A DNA stretch of 64,000 nt, from the NCBI RefSeq assembly GCF_009914755.1, contig NC_060932.1. One strand, given 5' to 3'. Below, piece after piece: positions 60,400 through 64,000 of this stretch. Position 1 is the stretch's first letter. The number at the start of each line of letters is the position of its first letter. Position numbers and translations under genes: made by a program. The notes beneath the pieces are model-generated. The model did no database searches. It was not told where the DNA came from and worked only from the letters and a program-made list of their open reading frames with translations. The DNA is from the human T2T-CHM13v2.0 reference genome, Homo sapiens.

Positions 60400-62339
60400 T
60401 GTCTTTTCTTGAAGGAGGATTTGGAAGGTACATTACAGCTTCCGCCATGGTGACCTCAGATAATTTAACTTTGTTGACCCTTTGTTGACTTTGTTGGCCC
60501 TCATTTTCTTCATTTATAAAACAAACATTAAAAATATCTTCATAGGGTCAGTATGAAGATTAAATATAGCCATACATGTAACACCTTTGTAGTGCTTAGC
60601 AGAGAGTAAGAAGTGTTCTCCATTATCATATTTTCTCAACTTCTCCAACAAATATAACAATCTGTCTGTAGGGCATTAGGTTTTCAGAAATGAACATCAA
60701 CAGTTTCTGCCCTCAAGAAGTCTAGTAGGGGAAGAGGCAGACACATAAAGACAATGGAATGCAATGTGATCCTTGTTCTAATGTTGCCCACATGCCTTAA
60801 GCTGACCTCCTGGATGACCCGTTGCCTAAGCTGAGGACTGAAGGAACTAGCCTGAGGAAGTGGTGAGCAGTAGCTAAGGCAGGGAGGTGTGGAAAGGAAT
60901 GTTGATGTCTAGAATGGCTGGAAGATTGGGTGAAAAATGGCGAGTAGGAAGAGATGAAGCTGGGAGGTTCTAGAAGCCAGATGATAAAGGTCTTGATATC
61001 CTCATGTAGGAGTTTCGATTTAGGATGAAAGCTCTGGGGAGTCAACGAAGGATTTTTAGGTGGTGATCAATTTGCATTGTACAAAGCTCAATCTATCACA
61101 AAAATACAGAATTTACTGGAAAGGGCCAACAGGGAGAACCACTGAGAAACTGTAGAAATCATCATGGCAAAAGATGACGAAAGGGTGAACTGAGAGTGAA
61201 AATGGGATTTGGGGGAGGTCAACGGGGAGGGAGGAATTATAGTTATCCCCCAGTTCTGTTTTGGGAGGCTCAGCAGATGGTAGTACCATTTTCTACGAGA
61301 TAGAGGATTTTAGGAGGAGGAGCAGATGTAGGTGGGAGGAAGAGGATCCGTTTGGTTTTCAACATCGAAGTGGAGAAGTTTAATGCCAGTTCATTACTGT
61401 AGGGCTGGCACTCAGGGGATAATCTGTAGAAGAGCCTGGGTTTGGAATCAGCAAATTACTTCCGTGTAGAGAAGAGGATAGAGTGGAAGGGGGCTGGCTA
61501 ACATCCAGTTAGTGGAAATTGCAACTGAGGAAGAGAACTTGGATAAGTAGTAGAAAATCCAGGAAGTTTCTCAGTTTCTGTGATGTGTTTTGACATTATA
61601 GAAAAATGTCCAGTTTTCAGCTAGTCAAGTAGCAGCTTTCTATATTTAAAATTCTTTGAGCAAAGCCACTTCTTTCAATATACTCTTCCTCTAAAGGAAA
61701 GTATGGAGTAAATAAGATAGATTTTATTTTTCCAAAATAAGGTGACAAAAAGTTATTAACTATAACCCTTTCAGAAAACTAGCTGAAGTAAAAAAAAATG
61801 AGCTAATGAATAAGGAAAGGTTTCAGAAAAAATAAACAGAATGTGAGAAAATATAAAAGGGTAATATTAGGAATAGTTCTGGTACAGAATTATTAAAATC
61901 TTTTTGAAACAAACATATCTCAATGGTGTGTAGCTGGATTCCTAGTGAAAAACAGATAAAACAATAGAAATGAATAAATTGAAAGTTTATTAAAATTCAA
62001 CATTCTCAATAATAACCTTTAGTATTTCGAATATGAACATTTCTAAGGAAAAGGTCAACTTCATGTTTCTGCCTTATGAAAATAAAGGGGAAAATTTACC
62101 AAAATATTCTACAGTAAATGAATTACACTTCTATTTAGGATGTTTGAGAGCTAGATAAGATGAATATCCTGATGGAGCTAGGACGCCTTTTTAGATGAGG
62201 TAGTCACCTTGGGATATAGCTCATTTAGGTCAGGCAGGCCCATAAAACAGCAGCCCATCACCAGGACCTTGGGACTTTCTATTTATAACGTTCCCGATGC
62301 CTCCCTTGATAGTTTTTTCCTCTACAAAATGTTGTCACT

Positions 62340-62860
62340 GCTGCCGCTCGTTGTTCCCACTAGGCGGCACTCTAAGCTCATCGTCAATGCGAGGACCGAG
62401 CACCTGCTAAAATCTGCGGCAGGCATCTCCGTTGTGCAAAATTGGTAACAGTTTGGATTTTATTCATCGAAACTTTAGAATGGAAAATGATTGTTTCTAA
62501 ACGAGGCAACAAGGCAGGCCATATGGTTTGACTGCGTCTGAGAGTATGTGGTCTTTGGAATCCTGTTACTGCGTCGTCTCCCTCTAGGGTGCATCATCTC
62601 AGACCAGGAAGGCAAAGCTGCCGGGGACAATAATAGGGTTGCGGTGACACCTGGGGGTGGCCCTCTCCTCCTCAGTGCTGATGCCTTGGGACTATAGGAC
62701 CTGGGAGATACTTTGGTCGCCTGGGAAGTCTACTATTGCTTATAAAACCCAAGGATCTTGCCCAGCCCTGCGCATGCGAATAGAGGTGACTTCTCTAACC
62801 CGCAACCTCAGAAGGAACGCTTTTCATTCCAGGAGGACAGAGGGGAGGCCGCGTAAGGGA
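62340..62860. promoter_or_regulatory. Putative intergenic regulatory element (CTCF-like and NRF1 motifs)
   Basis: Locally elevated CpG; CCACTAGGCGGCAC at 62357-62370; TGCGCATGCG at 62769-62778. Confidence 0.5.
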
Positions 62861-63076
62861 CTGTAAGTGGCTGTGGGGCTCACATCCCAGTTAATTCAGA
62901 GAACAGCTCCCCTCACTTCGGAGGTTGCAGGCACTGAATTAAGCTTTCTGCATTCTTCATTGCATTTCATCTTCACAGGAGTCTCTTAGGTAGCGTGTAT
63001 TATCTCTACTTTTATAAATGAGGAAATGCAAGTTCAGAGAGCTTCCCTCTAGCTTGCGAGTTGCTAGGGTTTGGGC

Positions 63077-63578
63077 TGTGTATGGTTTTTCTATTGTTGC
63101 TATAACCAATTACCACAGACATAGTGGCTTAAAACGACACCAATATATTATCTTATATCTCTGCAGATCCGGGTTCCCTTGGCTAAAATCAAGGTGCGGT
63201 AGCATGCATTCCCTAGGGGAGGATCTGTTTCCTAGGGCAGGATCTGTTTCCTGGCCTTTTCCAGCTTGTGGAGGACATCCGCATTCCTTGGCTCATGGCT
63301 GCTTCCTCCCATCTTCAAAGCCAGCAGCTCTCTGACCCTTCTTCCATGGTCATATCGCTCCACGATCATAGTCAGGAAATGTTCTCTGCTTTTAAAGACC
63401 TATACTGTTTAATGAGGCCCACCCAGTTAATCCAGAATAATCTCTCAATCTCAAAGTCCTTAACTTTATCAAATTGTCCAAGTTCCTTTTGGCATGTAAG
63501 GCCACACAGTTACAGGTTCTGGGGATAAGGATGTGAACATCTTGGGGGCGGGGAGGGGGCATTATTCTGTCTACCATA
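63077..63578 (-). mobile_element. MaLR LTR (MLT1D-like)
   Basis: Reverse start TATGGTAGACAGAATAATGCCCCC..AAGATGTTCACATCCTTATCCCCAGAACCTGT. Confidence 0.8.
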
Positions 63579-63931
63579 AGCAGGAAAGGTTTTTTTTTTA
63601 AATTTTAGAACTTACTTCTTAAAACATATAGGCATTAAAATTGAGTCACAGAAAGAAAACCGATAGGGTCAAATCTCTTAGGCCAACGATGAAGTGTGAA
63701 CAAATAGGAAAATTACAGGATCCTATAAGTAAAATACATGATACGACTTGAGTACAAATCACAAAAATTTGAAGTAAGAATAGGATAGCCAGGAAAAACT
63801 GAATTTATTTGTGATTTAATGCTTAGTCAAATGTGGAGCAATTGACTATGAAGACAGAAACAATTATTCTCACAATTTAAATGTATTTAAAGACAAGGCC
63901 CATGCAGAGAACAACACACAATGGTCTTTAA

Positions 63932-64000
63932 TTTCCTTTCTTTCTTTCTCTCTCTCTTTCTTCTTTCTCTTTCTTTCTTCTTTCTTTCTTTCTTTTCTTT
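63932..64000. repeat. (TTTC)n/(TC)n pyrimidine microsatellite running off the window
   Basis: Visible directly; may be the tail of a minus-strand Alu. Confidence 0.85.

Overview
Human (primate) genomic DNA from the ZFAND1-CHMP4C locus (8q21, recognised from the encoded peptides). It contains ZFAND1 coding exon 1 and its CpG-rich promoter on the minus strand. About 11 kb away and divergently oriented is the complete five-exon CHMP4C gene (ESCRT-III, 702-nt CDS, 233 aa) on the plus strand. The rest is repeat-rich: many Alus, MaLR LTRs, a MER11 solo LTR with TSD, DNA-transposon fossils, old L1 fragments and a full-length but inactivated L1PA2-like element with TSD. The main observations are: (1) the CHMP4C allele encodes Thr232, the abscission-checkpoint-defective A232T variant; (2) a 255-bp near-perfect inverted duplication in CHMP4C intron 1, whose second arm is fused to an LTR-less MaLR internal fragment and looks like a compound templated insertion; (3) a perfect 133-bp tandem duplication in the ZFAND1 promoter-proximal intron; (4) an intergenic cluster of CTCF-like and NRF1 motifs near 62.3-62.8 kb. 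I see no evidence of a new protein-coding system. Repeat subfamily names are from recall of consensus sequences, not a RepeatMasker run, and boundaries of old repeats are approximate.
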